Assembly (NCBI GenBank): GCA_046705025.1
Contig: JBJKQU010000049.1
Coordinates: 17,073-81,072 of the forward strand
Origin: Candidatus Kryptoniota bacterium
GTDB taxonomy: Bacteria > Bacteroidota > Ignavibacteria > Kryptoniales > JAKASW01
Direction: 5' to 3'
DNA length: 64,000 nt
A model generated the notes under the pieces. The model was given only the letters and a program-made list of their open reading frames with translations, did no database searches and was not told the origin of the DNA. Both the position numbers and the translations under genes were made by a program. Of this stretch, positions 9,887 through 19,820 are shown piece after piece; within the stretch, counting starts at the first letter, position 1; each line of letters begins with the position of its first letter.

Positions 9887-12800
9887 ATGAGAAAGCTACT
9901 GATTGCAGCAGTGTTTGCAGCAAGCGTGCAGCTACTGATAGCTGCAGCTGTGCAGGCACAAACCGGCAATATCAGAGGGAAGGTGATCGATAGCCAAACG
10001 CATGAGACCCTTCCAGGCGCGACTCTCTTCATCAGAAACACGTCGTACGGCGCGGCGGCCAATGCCAACGGAACGTACGAGATCCGTGACGTTCCGCCTG
10101 GAAAGTACACGCTGACTGCCAGGTACGTCGGGTACCAGGACAAGGGTCAGATTGTGGAAGTCAGAGAAGGCGTCACGCTCATCGCGAACTTTGCGCTGAC
10201 CCCCAGCGGGTTAACCACCAGCCCGGTAGTCGTAACCGCCATCGGCACCCGCCAATCACATGTCAGCATGGGAACTCAGGTTTCCACGGTATCCGGCCAG
10301 TCCCTTGTCCTTTCCGGTTCGAACAACATAGCGGCCGGGCTGCGTGGGACTGCACCGGGCGTTTATGTGTCACAGTCGAGCGGTGATCCCGGGTCCGCGA
10401 CCAGGATAGTACTTCGCGGCGCCAGATCCCTTCAGAACAACAACGAGCCGCTGATCGTGATTGACGGCGAGCCCGTCTTCAGCAACACGGTGGGCAATCT
10501 GAATCTCAACAACAGTGCCGGAAGCACCATCGGTGCCAACAACGTCGGCGGTACCTCGGCTATGTCGGTTCTCGATCTGATTGATCCGAGCGACATTGCT
10601 TCCATGAACGTTTACGAGGGACCGTCGGCAGCGGCAATCTGGGGATCCAGGGCCGCAAACGGCGTCCTCGTTATAACCACAAAAGGAGGATCCTTCACAC
10701 CCGGACGGAGAGTGAATATCTCAATCAGAAACAGCGTCCAGTACAATAGCCTGCTGAGGCAGTTCCCGTTGCAGACCAGTTACGGAGAAGGTGTGAACGG
10801 TGACTGGTATTATCAGTCCAGCCAATTTCCGAGTATCGCCGGTATTTTCAGCTGGGGAGACAAGATCTCCCTCAGGTCAGGTGCAGCCGATGTTCACCTC
10901 AACAATAATCCGTTTCTGCCCATCGTCGATAAGAACTCCACGCAAACGTACAACCAGGCAGGCGCTTTGTTCCAGCCGGCCGTTTCGGATGAGTATGGAG
11001 CTACTATCAGTGGTGGGGATCAGGACGGGACCTTCTATCTTGACGTTGACAGGCTCGGGGACAACGGGATCTTCAAGGCAAATTCATTATTCAATCGCAC
11101 GTCTATCCTGGCCGATATCAGGAGAGCGTTCTCACAGAACGTGACGTTCGATGTAAATGCTTCATACGTTAATGGAGCTACGGAGCGTGTTCAGCAGGGA
11201 TCCAACCTGTCCGGAATCCTGCTCGATTCTTACCGTACGCCTCCCGATTTCAACAATCTGCCTTATTTGGTCAACTATGTATCGCCCACCACGGGTGTGG
11301 AGACGCCTAACGTGCAGAGGACTTTCCGCAACCCTACAGCCAACCCGGCCAACGGCGGCGGTTACAACAACCCGTTCTTCACGATGTATGAGGACCCGAC
11401 TACCATTTCCCTCAATGAGCTTCTCGGGTCGGTAGGGATTTCTTACGATCCCACGAACTGGTTGGACTTCACATACAGGGCCGGAGTGGATTACGAGGGA
11501 GATCGCGATAACACTATTTTGAGCTATTACGACGTCAACCAACCGCAGGGCCAGCTCATTCGGAACTGGAATAACAATTACCAGGTAAACACCGACCTCC
11601 AGGGAAGGGCCAGCCACGATTTCTCGAGGGACTTTACGGGAAATTTGTTGCTGGGTTTCCACCTCGACCAAATCCAGCTAAACAACAGCGGAATAATAGG
11701 CACCACCTTTATCAATCCGAATGGGCCGCCTTCGATAACGAACGATGCAACATTCGTCCCCGGCGATGTCAAGCAAATCATAAGGGATGCAGCTGCTTAT
11801 GGAGAGTTGAACCTCAACCTTTACAGACAGCTGTATGTGAATTTTGCCGGAAGGGATGAAAGCTCCTCCACTTACGGCCCAAATGTTCCTTCCTTGTTCT
11901 TCTACCCTGCGGTAAACGCAGCGTGGGAATTCACAAAGCTCCCGATGTTCAAGAACAATTCGATACTCAATTTTGGGAAAATAAGAGCGGCCTATGGAGA
12001 AGCAGCAGACCAGCCGCCGGTGTATTCGACATTGACATACTACACACTAAATCCGATAGTCGGGAACGGCTGGGGACCCGCGATCGGTTTGCAGTATTAT
12101 TACAACTCCTCAACCGGGATCGGTGGGGCACTTATCGGTGCTCCCATTACGAATGATCCGATATCCGGCCTCGGCACCGAAGGGAATCCCAGTCTCGGTC
12201 CGGAAAAAACAACGGAATTCGAGTACGGTTTCGACATCGGACTCTTCCACAACTGGCTGCAGCTAAGTGCGACAGGTTATCACGATCTCACATCAAACGC
12301 GATACTGGGCGTGAATGTCGCGCCAAGTTCCGGCTTTACCAACATCGAGGAGAATGCTGCAAAGGTCAGCAATGTCGGCTACGAATTGCAGGCAACGATC
12401 AACTGGCTGAGAATCGGATCGTTCTCCTGGCAGACGATAGGCAACTGGTCCACAAATCATAACGACGTTTACTCGATGCCGGCGGGGGTAACGAATATCT
12501 TCCTAAGCGGTTTTACGGATCCCTATTCCGCCGCCGTCCTTGGCCAGCAGTTAGGAGTTCTCTGGGGCTCACGCTGGGCCAGAAACACGAACGGCTCTAT
12601 CAAGGTTGACGCAAACGGCTTCCCTGTAATGAGCAGTACCTTCGGCATAATCGGAGATCCGAATCCGAATTATCTTGCCAACATCTTCAATACGTTTCGG
12701 TTCGGCCGGTTTACACTCGGTTTCCAATTCTCCTTCAAGATCGGCGGGATGGTGTGGAATGGAACCGAAGGTGCCCTCGCCTACTTCGGGAGGGACGCCT

Positions 12801-13318
12801 TCCAGAGCTGGTCCACTACTATCGACAGTGCCCAGGCCAACACCTTGAAGGATTATGCCGGTTATACCGTCGCACAGATGGTTAACCAGGGCGATGTCGG
12901 CGACTGGGGAACCAGAGCAAAGATGGTAAGCAGCGGAGCGTACCGGAAGAACGCCAACGGAACTTACACGTTCAGAGGTTATGTCCACAACTTCGGTGGA
13001 GGACCTGTGATTGTCGACGAGACCTACTACTACGATGGTCCCGGCTCAGGCTTCACCGGCCCGTCGGAAGCGTACGTCCAAAACGGCAGCTATATCGAGC
13101 TAAGTCAGCTTTCATTAGGTTACACGTTTCCGATGACTTCACTCGGTTTTCAAAGTCTGAACGTGACCCTTATCGGACGCAATTTGGCGCTATGGACGAA
13201 ATACACCGGGATAGATCCCGGGGTCAACCTGACAGGACCGACGAATGGCCAGGGAATCGATTACTTTAATAACCCGACCGTCCGAACCTGGATTCTGTCA
13301 CTCTCGCTAAATTACTAA
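9887..13318 (+). CDS. SusC/RagA-family TonB-linked outer-membrane transporter
   Basis: 1143 aa with a signal peptide, an N-terminal carboxypeptidase-regulatory-like domain (GKVIDSQTHETLPGATLFI...NGTYEI) and a plug block (IVLRGARSLQNNNEPLIVIDGEPV). The long beta-barrel is followed directly by a SusD-like gene. Confidence 0.9.
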   Translation: MRKLLIAAVFAASVQLLIAAAVQAQTGNIRGKVIDSQTHETLPGATLFIRNTSYGAAANANGTYEIRDVPPGKYTLTARYVGYQDKGQIVEVREGVTLIANFALTPSGLTTSPVVVTAIGTRQSHVSMGTQVSTVSGQSLVLSGSNNIAAGLRGTAPGVYVSQSSGDPGSATRIVLRGARSLQNNNEPLIVIDGEPVFSNTVGNLNLNNSAGSTIGANNVGGTSAMSVLDLIDPSDIASMNVYEGPSAAAIWGSRAANGVLVITTKGGSFTPGRRVNISIRNSVQYNSLLRQFPLQTSYGEGVNGDWYYQSSQFPSIAGIFSWGDKISLRSGAADVHLNNNPFLPIVDKNSTQTYNQAGALFQPAVSDEYGATISGGDQDGTFYLDVDRLGDNGIFKANSLFNRTSILADIRRAFSQNVTFDVNASYVNGATERVQQGSNLSGILLDSYRTPPDFNNLPYLVNYVSPTTGVETPNVQRTFRNPTANPANGGGYNNPFFTMYEDPTTISLNELLGSVGISYDPTNWLDFTYRAGVDYEGDRDNTILSYYDVNQPQGQLIRNWNNNYQVNTDLQGRASHDFSRDFTGNLLLGFHLDQIQLNNSGIIGTTFINPNGPPSITNDATFVPGDVKQIIRDAAAYGELNLNLYRQLYVNFAGRDESSSTYGPNVPSLFFYPAVNAAWEFTKLPMFKNNSILNFGKIRAAYGEAADQPPVYSTLTYYTLNPIVGNGWGPAIGLQYYYNSSTGIGGALIGAPITNDPISGLGTEGNPSLGPEKTTEFEYGFDIGLFHNWLQLSATGYHDLTSNAILGVNVAPSSGFTNIEENAAKVSNVGYELQATINWLRIGSFSWQTIGNWSTNHNDVYSMPAGVTNIFLSGFTDPYSAAVLGQQLGVLWGSRWARNTNGSIKVDANGFPVMSSTFGIIGDPNPNYLANIFNTFRFGRFTLGFQFSFKIGGMVWNGTEGALAYFGRDAFQSWSTTIDSAQANTLKDYAGYTVAQMVNQGDVGDWGTRAKMVSSGAYRKNANGTYTFRGYVHNFGGGPVIVDETYYYDGPGSGFTGPSEAYVQNGSYIELSQLSLGYTFPMTSLGFQSLNVTLIGRNLALWTKYTGIDPGVNLTGPTNGQGIDYFNNPTVRTWILSLSLNY

Positions 13319-13332
13319 GGAAAGGGACTAGC

Positions 13333-14730
13333 ATGAAGAACTCAACAAGAAATCTTGTGCTGCTCGCTGCTCTCGGCACAACTGTCGTGATGGCGGGCTG
13401 CACCTCCTTTACAAAAGGATATTCTCAAAATCCGTTAGCCCCTTCAACTACCGGAACCGCACAGCTGTTTGTCGGCTCCGAAGGAGCGTTCGACGAATTC
13501 ATGGAGGGGTTTCCGGCGCAGCTGTCCACTATTTGGGCACAACAGCTTACCGGTGCAAGTGCGCAGTTCAGTCGCTACCAGATTTACGGCGTGAACGCAC
13601 TTGACTTCTCAAACGATTGGGCCACTGCTTACAGCACCGTCCTGTATGACCTACGGCTTACGGAACAGCGTGCGGCCAAGGGTGGACAGTACAACCAGGA
13701 AGGCGCTGCACTTATTCTCGAAGGCATACAGATGGGAACGGTGACCGCCCTTTGGGGGTCAGTCCCGTACTCTCAGGCGGCAGAACCGAACGTAACTACA
13801 ACGCCGAAATTTGATCCGCAGCTGCAGGCTTACAGCGAAGCACAAGCTGCGCTTGATTCCGGCATCTCGCTGCTGAAGGCGCATCCCGCAAACTTGCCGG
13901 GCGACATCTTCTCCTCTCAAGGCAGTTACTCGGAATGGATCGCTGCCGGCTACACTGAGAAAGCCAGGCTCGAGATGGAAATGGCCCGTCACGATGGCTA
14001 CAGCCAGGCCGACCTCAACAACGTCATAAACTGGGCAGAGCAGGGAATAACAGATGTATCGGGTGCTCAAGACCTTATGTTTGTGCACAGCGGCGGTGTC
14101 TACAACGGGAGTATGAACCTTTGGTATTCGTTCGGAAACCTGGATCGTCCCGGAGATGTAGATGCTGCGTCCACCTTCCTCGTGCCTATGCTGGAAGCGT
14201 ACAATATGGGTAATCAGATGACGTTTTACTACGATACGTCAGCCAGCGACCTGAACTACGGCGCGGGGTTCTCATCGACAGCTTCGTTTCCTATCTTCAG
14301 AGCCTCCGAAGCGAATCTCCTTATCGCCGAAGCTTACGCCCGCGAGGGGAATCTTGGCAGCGCGCGCACGTACCTGAATGACGCTATCCAGTATAATGAC
14401 AACATGTACGGTGACAGCGTCGCCGCTTACGCAGCTGCCGACCCTGCGGTAAGTACTCAGGAAGCGATGTTGCAGACAGTGTTCAATGAAGAATACATGT
14501 CACTCTTCCCGGAAATAGAGGCTTTTACCTTCTTGAGAAGAGTTGACTACGACATCAAGTACACAGTGAACGGCACTACTGTGCAGTTGAAGCCGACAAC
14601 CGGGACGCAATTCCCTCAGCGATTGCTGTACCCGTCAAATGAGGTGACAGCTAATCCCAACACGCCGCCTGAGCCGAGCGTGTTTAAGGCGACGACTGTC
14701 AATAGCGCACCAGCTGTGAACAACCCGTAA
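13333..14730 (+). CDS. SusD/RagB-family nutrient-binding outer-membrane lipoprotein
   Basis: 465 aa with a lipobox (VVMAGC). It is helix-rich (TPR-like) and sits 14 nt downstream of SusC, the canonical pairing. Confidence 0.8.
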   Translation: MKNSTRNLVLLAALGTTVVMAGCTSFTKGYSQNPLAPSTTGTAQLFVGSEGAFDEFMEGFPAQLSTIWAQQLTGASAQFSRYQIYGVNALDFSNDWATAYSTVLYDLRLTEQRAAKGGQYNQEGAALILEGIQMGTVTALWGSVPYSQAAEPNVTTTPKFDPQLQAYSEAQAALDSGISLLKAHPANLPGDIFSSQGSYSEWIAAGYTEKARLEMEMARHDGYSQADLNNVINWAEQGITDVSGAQDLMFVHSGGVYNGSMNLWYSFGNLDRPGDVDAASTFLVPMLEAYNMGNQMTFYYDTSASDLNYGAGFSSTASFPIFRASEANLLIAEAYAREGNLGSARTYLNDAIQYNDNMYGDSVAAYAAADPAVSTQEAMLQTVFNEEYMSLFPEIEAFTFLRRVDYDIKYTVNGTTVQLKPTTGTQFPQRLLYPSNEVTANPNTPPEPSVFKATTVNSAPAVNNP

Positions 14731-14745
14731 TTCGAATGACCTTTG

Positions 14746-14797
14746 ACTCACCCTCGCCTTCTCCTCTTCTCCGGGAATAAGAGAAGCGAGGGTGAGT
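14746..14797 (+). terminator. terminator-like hairpin after SusD
   Basis: CTCACCCTCGCCTTCTC (14747-14763) pairs with GAGAAGCGAGGGTGAG (14781-14796) with one bulge. There is no strong T-run. Confidence 0.5.
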
Positions 14798-15091
14798 TAA
14801 CTTATCGATAGTTCTATGTGGCGCGGCCTGTCGATAGGGTTGCCCCTTGGATGAGATGTCGTCGGCGTTTGGATGCGGACTGCGTTCTGGCAGAAGCTCC
14901 GTGGCGTTCGGTGTTACCAGCAGTAATGACCTGTTGAGTAAGGGAATTGGAAGGTTGATCTTTAGTGCCAACCGGTGAGTGACCTACTGAGGCGATACGG
15001 TTGACGGCTCATCTCTATGATAATTACATCCCTTCGGGATTAAGATGAGTCACTACACCCAAGACTCTTTACTACCTTCTGTCAGGAGCAT

Positions 15092-15970
15092 TCATTGCTG
15101 AGCAGCCGACTGACCGGAAGTGGAAGTCAGGTCGACCTTGAGCCAGAAATTGATCTGCTTCGGAGCTTGACGCCTTTGAAAGCGCTCGTTGCCACGTTGG
15201 CCGCGACCTCCGCCCGGAAAGCCCTCTCCGCCGCCTTCCATGCCACCGGGATATTCACCACCTTCACCGCCTTCTCCGCCCATTCCTTCACCGCCTCTGT
15301 CTCTAAAGCCTCCGCCTCTTCCGGCGAACGACGGCATCTGGAATTTTCCGCCTTCGAACTGTACACCGATTATAGAACCTTTTGGATTAATGGCATATGG
15401 CTCCTCGGGTGATGAATGCAACGGAACTCTCAACTCGTATATCAACCCTTCCTGAGTATGGTTAAGCTGAAGCTGAATTCCTTTTAAATCGGCTATTGTC
15501 AGCCTGACCGGACCGTTCTTACTGACTCCAAGGATTTCCAGTTGATTAGGATTGTTGGCCATGAAACTGCTGCCCATGGAATTGTTCTGACTATTCTCGT
15601 TGTCACTGCTCCGCCGGCGGAAGGACCCGCCTTCCTCTTTTCTGCCGAGCGGGAAATGTATACCGAATGATTCGTGAGACCCGCCCGACGGATCAAACCA
15701 CACGGTCATTCCGAGCCCAAGTATCTGGAACGACTGCTGTCTGTCGGTGGTTTTCAAGATTAAATAAAGGTATTTGGTATCGTTCTGCACACCGACAGTC
15801 AACTTTGCATCAGGTATGTAGAACATGGTGTCGCCCCAATCCTTGTCGCTGCCGTTGACGACGATCTTGTTGTTGTCCCAGGCGCTTTTTACCAAGAGCA
15901 TGCTCGTACACCCGCTCAGTGACACGGCAGAGAGGACAAGCAAGAGGGGAACGTAATTTAATGATCTCAT
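15092..15970 (-). CDS. lipoprotein with glycine/glutamate-rich low-complexity C-terminal region
   Basis: 292 aa with a signal peptide and lipobox (LSGC). The C-terminal region reads GGGFRDRGGEGMGGEGGEGGEYPGGMEGGGEGFPGGGRG. It is one of only four minus-strand genes in the window. Confidence 0.6.
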   Translation of the reverse strand: MRSLNYVPLLLVLSAVSLSGCTSMLLVKSAWDNNKIVVNGSDKDWGDTMFYIPDAKLTVGVQNDTKYLYLILKTTDRQQSFQILGLGMTVWFDPSGGSHESFGIHFPLGRKEEGGSFRRRSSDNENSQNNSMGSSFMANNPNQLEILGVSKNGPVRLTIADLKGIQLQLNHTQEGLIYELRVPLHSSPEEPYAINPKGSIIGVQFEGGKFQMPSFAGRGGGFRDRGGEGMGGEGGEGGEYPGGMEGGGEGFPGGGRGQRGNERFQRRQAPKQINFWLKVDLTSTSGQSAAQQ

Positions 15971-16539
15971 AGAAATGCTCCTTTTGTGGGATCAGTGTCA
16001 AGTGGTACTTTACATATCAACTTAATTTTGACCGGAAATGTACATCCTGGGTTTAAAGCTTAACGTTCTTTTAGCTAGTTGACATCTCTGTTGACGAAAG
16101 CGACGGTGGTAAAGTTCCCTTTACTTCAGCCGAAACTCCGGCACTGCACATGTCAGATAGATTGGAACCCGGCATTTGGATTTTTTGAAACTCACTTATA
16201 CGGTGAATTGTTGTGATGACTACCTGTAAGGGGCACGGGCCCTCGGCCGCCGGGCTTTCAGTGCTTTTTCCCGACACCAGCAGTTGACGGCTGAAAGCTT
16301 CGAATGATTCACCGCGATTTCAAATATACTCTAATCGTGAAACTCCGGTTGCTGCAAAAGACGGCGAGCCTTAATGCAGTATACGTGAATTCAATACACG
16401 ATGAAGGGCCATGGCGCAATCTTCAGGATGAATTGAGACATCGAGTTTATTCCTGAACGCCTTGCAGCTGTGTGCCGGAGGAACGATTCACTTTCAAGGT
16501 CCCGATAGCTCTTTACCGTGGCGCGGGGTCTTAAAGTGT

Positions 16540-16568
16540 TTGAACTTTTTTCCGTATTGAAGTAGATT
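16540..16568 (+). promoter_or_regulatory. candidate sigma70-like promoter of the S10 peptidase gene
   Basis: TTGAAC (16540-16545), a 17-nt spacer, then TAGATT (16563-16568), 35 nt upstream of the ATG. AAGGAG RBS. Confidence 0.35.
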
Positions 16569-16603
16569 CTTGAACTCAATTGTAAAGCACAAGGAGAACA
16601 GAT

Positions 16604-18145
16604 ATGTACAAATCCCTTTCAGTCTTGATCCTGACGGTATTCTTCGCGGCTGCATCTATTGCCGCGCAGGAGAGGCCTGCAAAAAGTGATACGACACATC
16701 CGAAGATACCGAAGCCTGTTCAGGTTGTAACCCATCATACAATCACCATGAACGGCCAGCAGATACACTATACGGCTACGACGGGTACTTTCCTGTTGAA
16801 GAACGAAGAGGATAAGCCGATCGCACTCTTCGGTTTTACCGCTTATACGAAGGATGGGGTAACAGATCCGAGCTCTCGTCCTATTACTTTTGCGTACAAC
16901 GGCGGCCCGGGTTCTTCATCCATATGGCTGCACATGGGGGCGCTCGGTCCGAAGCGTGTAGTTCTCAACGATCCCCACGCTAATCCGCCCGCTCCATACC
17001 AGCTGGAAGACAATCCGTACTCCATCATCGACGTCACTGACTTAGTGATGGTCGACCCCGTCGGGACTGGATTCAGCCGTGTGATTGGGCACGCGAAGGG
17101 ATCGGAGTTCTGGGGAGTTGACCAGGATATAAAATCTGTCAGCGAATTCATCTACCAATACATTCGTGCGAACGACCGATGGAATTCACCCAAGTTTCTT
17201 TTTGGTGAGAGTTATGGTACGACACGATCGGCCGGAGTAGCAGACTATTTATACGAGCGGATGGGGATACAGGTCAACGGAGTAATTTTCCTTTCTACGG
17301 TGTGGAATTTCGAGACTCTCGCCTTCGCGCCTGGAAACGACCTGCCGTACATACTGTACCTGCCCACCTACGCAGCTGTTGCGTGGTACCACAATGCCTT
17401 GACGCCAAAGCCTTCGGACTTACCCGCATTTTTAGAAAAAGTGCGAAAGTTTGCGAGAAACGAGTATGCCAACGCGCTCTTCAAAGGTTCGTCGATTGAC
17501 AGCAGCGAATACAACGACGTACTGAGCAAGCTGCACGAATACACCGGCATTTCAGAATCATATTGGAAGAAAGCGAATTTGCGCTTGAGTGAGCCCCAGT
17601 TCACAGACGAACTGTTGCGCGGACGCGGCGAAACTGTCGGGAGACTGGATTCGAGGTACACAGGACCTACATCAGACTTGCTGAGCGAGTACGCTAATTA
17701 TGATCCGCAAAGCAGCTCCATAAGCCCGGCATTTATCAGCGACTTCATGTACTATCTTCACCACGACCTGAAGTTCCCGACAGATATGACATATCATGTC
17801 AGCGCGTATGCTGCGGAAGGTTTCAGGTGGGATTGGAAACAAGCGGGACGCAGAGAATTCGGCTTCCGTGATCCCAATGTGTCTCCTAACCTTGCGGATG
17901 TGATGGCAAAAGATCCGTATCTGAATATTCTCATGTTGAACGGGTATTTCGATCTTGCGACACCCTTCTATGCAACCGAGTACACGGTTGACCACTTAGG
18001 GAACAATATACCGAACCTTAAAGAACGAGTTCATTTCAAGTATTTTGAATCGGGGCATATGGTATACGTAAATTCGAAGATGCTGCCTCAATTCAAGTCT
18101 GATGTAGCCAAGTTCATCGGATCAATGATCCATCCCAAGAGGTAG
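16604..18145 (+). CDS. S10-family serine carboxypeptidase
   Basis: 513 aa with a signal peptide, NGGPGSSS, the catalytic-Ser block GESYGT and the C-terminal His block ESGHMVY. Confidence 0.88.
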   Translation: MYKSLSVLILTVFFAAASIAAQERPAKSDTTHPKIPKPVQVVTHHTITMNGQQIHYTATTGTFLLKNEEDKPIALFGFTAYTKDGVTDPSSRPITFAYNGGPGSSSIWLHMGALGPKRVVLNDPHANPPAPYQLEDNPYSIIDVTDLVMVDPVGTGFSRVIGHAKGSEFWGVDQDIKSVSEFIYQYIRANDRWNSPKFLFGESYGTTRSAGVADYLYERMGIQVNGVIFLSTVWNFETLAFAPGNDLPYILYLPTYAAVAWYHNALTPKPSDLPAFLEKVRKFARNEYANALFKGSSIDSSEYNDVLSKLHEYTGISESYWKKANLRLSEPQFTDELLRGRGETVGRLDSRYTGPTSDLLSEYANYDPQSSSISPAFISDFMYYLHHDLKFPTDMTYHVSAYAAEGFRWDWKQAGRREFGFRDPNVSPNLADVMAKDPYLNILMLNGYFDLATPFYATEYTVDHLGNNIPNLKERVHFKYFESGHMVYVNSKMLPQFKSDVAKFIGSMIHPKR

Positions 18146-18287
18146 GACGTCAGTTTCGCATTGTGAAGATTGGCGGAGGGCGTCGACCGCAAGGCGGCGC
18201 CCACCTTACTGCCCGGAGGCGTAATTTCACCAGTCTATACTAAAACAATCTCAAATTTCCCGACAATCGAAAATTACAGGAGGGACT

Positions 18288-18968
18288 ATGCCAGCCGGTG
18301 AATCGAAATCAAGAGACCTGGTAATCCATGCAAGGAGAGCGGCAAGAAAGATCACGATTGATGGGGTCCTCGACGAATGGTCTCAGGCGGAGCATGTTAC
18401 CTTTGACGACGGCGGACCGATGCCCGAAAGGAGAATCGCCACCGCGTACGTGCTATGGGACGAGAATTACCTGTACATTGCTTTTGATATTGACAGGAAA
18501 AATCCGAAGGCTAAGGTTACCCAACGAGATGGACAGGGTCTCTGGCTGGATGACGGGATTGAGTTTTTGATAGATGCCAACAACGATAAGGGCAGCGTGT
18601 TCATGCCCGATGACATCGCATATCATGTAAACATACTTGACGCGGTATATGATGATAGAGGTACCGGCGGACCCAAGCAGGATGCAGCGTGGAATGGGAA
18701 TGCCCAGCATAAAATGAAATTGAAGGAAGGGGCGGACGGAATTCCGATAGGATATGTGTGCGAGATCGCCGTTCCCTGGGAAGAGATGGGAATAGTGCCG
18801 CGGGAGGACGAAACTGTCATAGGCATAGACTTCTGCGTAAATGGTACGGATGATCATACGGGTCAATATCACTATTTCGATTGGGCGGGGCTGAAGCTGT
18901 TTCACTATCCTGATGGCTTCGGTACGTTGAAACTTGTTGGCTGGAAGAGGGACCCAGAAGCGGTTTGA
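18288..18968 (+). CDS. CBM9-like / DOMON-like carbohydrate-binding domain protein
   Basis: 226 aa with the blocks ITIDGVLDEWSQAEHV, YLYIAFDI and DDGIEFLIDANND, which are typical of family-9-like binding modules. A strong RBS (AGGAGGG) is present but no signal peptide. Confidence 0.55.
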   Translation: MPAGESKSRDLVIHARRAARKITIDGVLDEWSQAEHVTFDDGGPMPERRIATAYVLWDENYLYIAFDIDRKNPKAKVTQRDGQGLWLDDGIEFLIDANNDKGSVFMPDDIAYHVNILDAVYDDRGTGGPKQDAAWNGNAQHKMKLKEGADGIPIGYVCEIAVPWEEMGIVPREDETVIGIDFCVNGTDDHTGQYHYFDWAGLKLFHYPDGFGTLKLVGWKRDPEAV

Positions 18969-19075
18969 GGAGGAATCTGACATCGCGCGCCCGGCAACGT
19001 GTCGGGTGTAAAACGAGTATATTAATTTATGAGGAAATTAGGTGAACAGTTTAGCGGCGCTCGAGGAGTGGATGT

Positions 19076-19597
19076 ATGAGCAGCATACCTGGTAATCAAG
19101 AACAGAAGAAGTGGCATGTGATATACATAAAGGCGCGTCATGAAAAATCGGTCTACGAGGACCTGGTCAAGCGGGGAATTGAGTCATTCCTTCCTTTGAA
19201 GAAGGAGCTGCACCAATGGAGTGATAGAAAGAAATGGGTTGAGGTCCCCCTCTTCAGTTCTTACGTTTTCATAAACATCGGGCTTGAAGAGAAGGACTCG
19301 GTTTATCTTTCCGATGGTTTTGTGAGGTTTGTTTCTATGAACGGAAAGCCAAGCACTGTCCCCGAATGGCAGATCGAATACATAAGGAAAGTCGTTTCCT
19401 TATACCCTGAAACGCTCGATGTATTCGACGCGGCCAGTGTAGGCAAGAAAGGCGTAATCGTTTCGGGACCACTCTCCGGGATGAAGGGGGAAATTATAGA
19501 GATAATGAATGAACACTGGTTCATGGTGCGGATCGATGGACTAGATAAACTTGTCGCCGTGAAGGTCCCCGCGAATATCTTTCAGTCTATCGGGTAG
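19076..19597 (+). CDS. UpxY-family (NusG/RfaH-like) transcription antiterminator
   Basis: 173 aa. The NGN domain reads KWHVIYIKARHEKSVYEDLVKRGIESFLPL...WSDRKKWVEVPLFSSYVFINI. A KOW-like block reads KKGVIVSGPLSGMKGEIIEI. Confidence 0.85.
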   Translation: MSSIPGNQEQKKWHVIYIKARHEKSVYEDLVKRGIESFLPLKKELHQWSDRKKWVEVPLFSSYVFINIGLEEKDSVYLSDGFVRFVSMNGKPSTVPEWQIEYIRKVVSLYPETLDVFDAASVGKKGVIVSGPLSGMKGEIIEIMNEHWFMVRIDGLDKLVAVKVPANIFQSIG

Positions 19598-19791
19598 ATT
19601 TTTCCCCGGATAACCTAGATAATATCCATAATTGCCGTGAGAAATCGGAAAGGCTCGTGATCCCGACTTCTCAAGGCTCATGAACCACGCCTCGGTTATC
19701 AGGCAGGTCCTGCCGATCCCTGTTTCGCATGCTTGTGCCGGGCGAAGGGAAATGCCGTGCAAAAATAATTGCCGGTCGAACAGCTATACTC

Positions 19792-19820
19792 TTGACTAAA
19801 AAGGCCGAATAAAGTAAAAT
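19792..19820 (+). promoter_or_regulatory. candidate sigma70-like promoter heading a ~700-nt leader
   Basis: TTGACT (19792-19797), a 17-nt spacer, then TAAAAT (19815-19820). The first downstream CDS starts at 20524. Confidence 0.4.
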
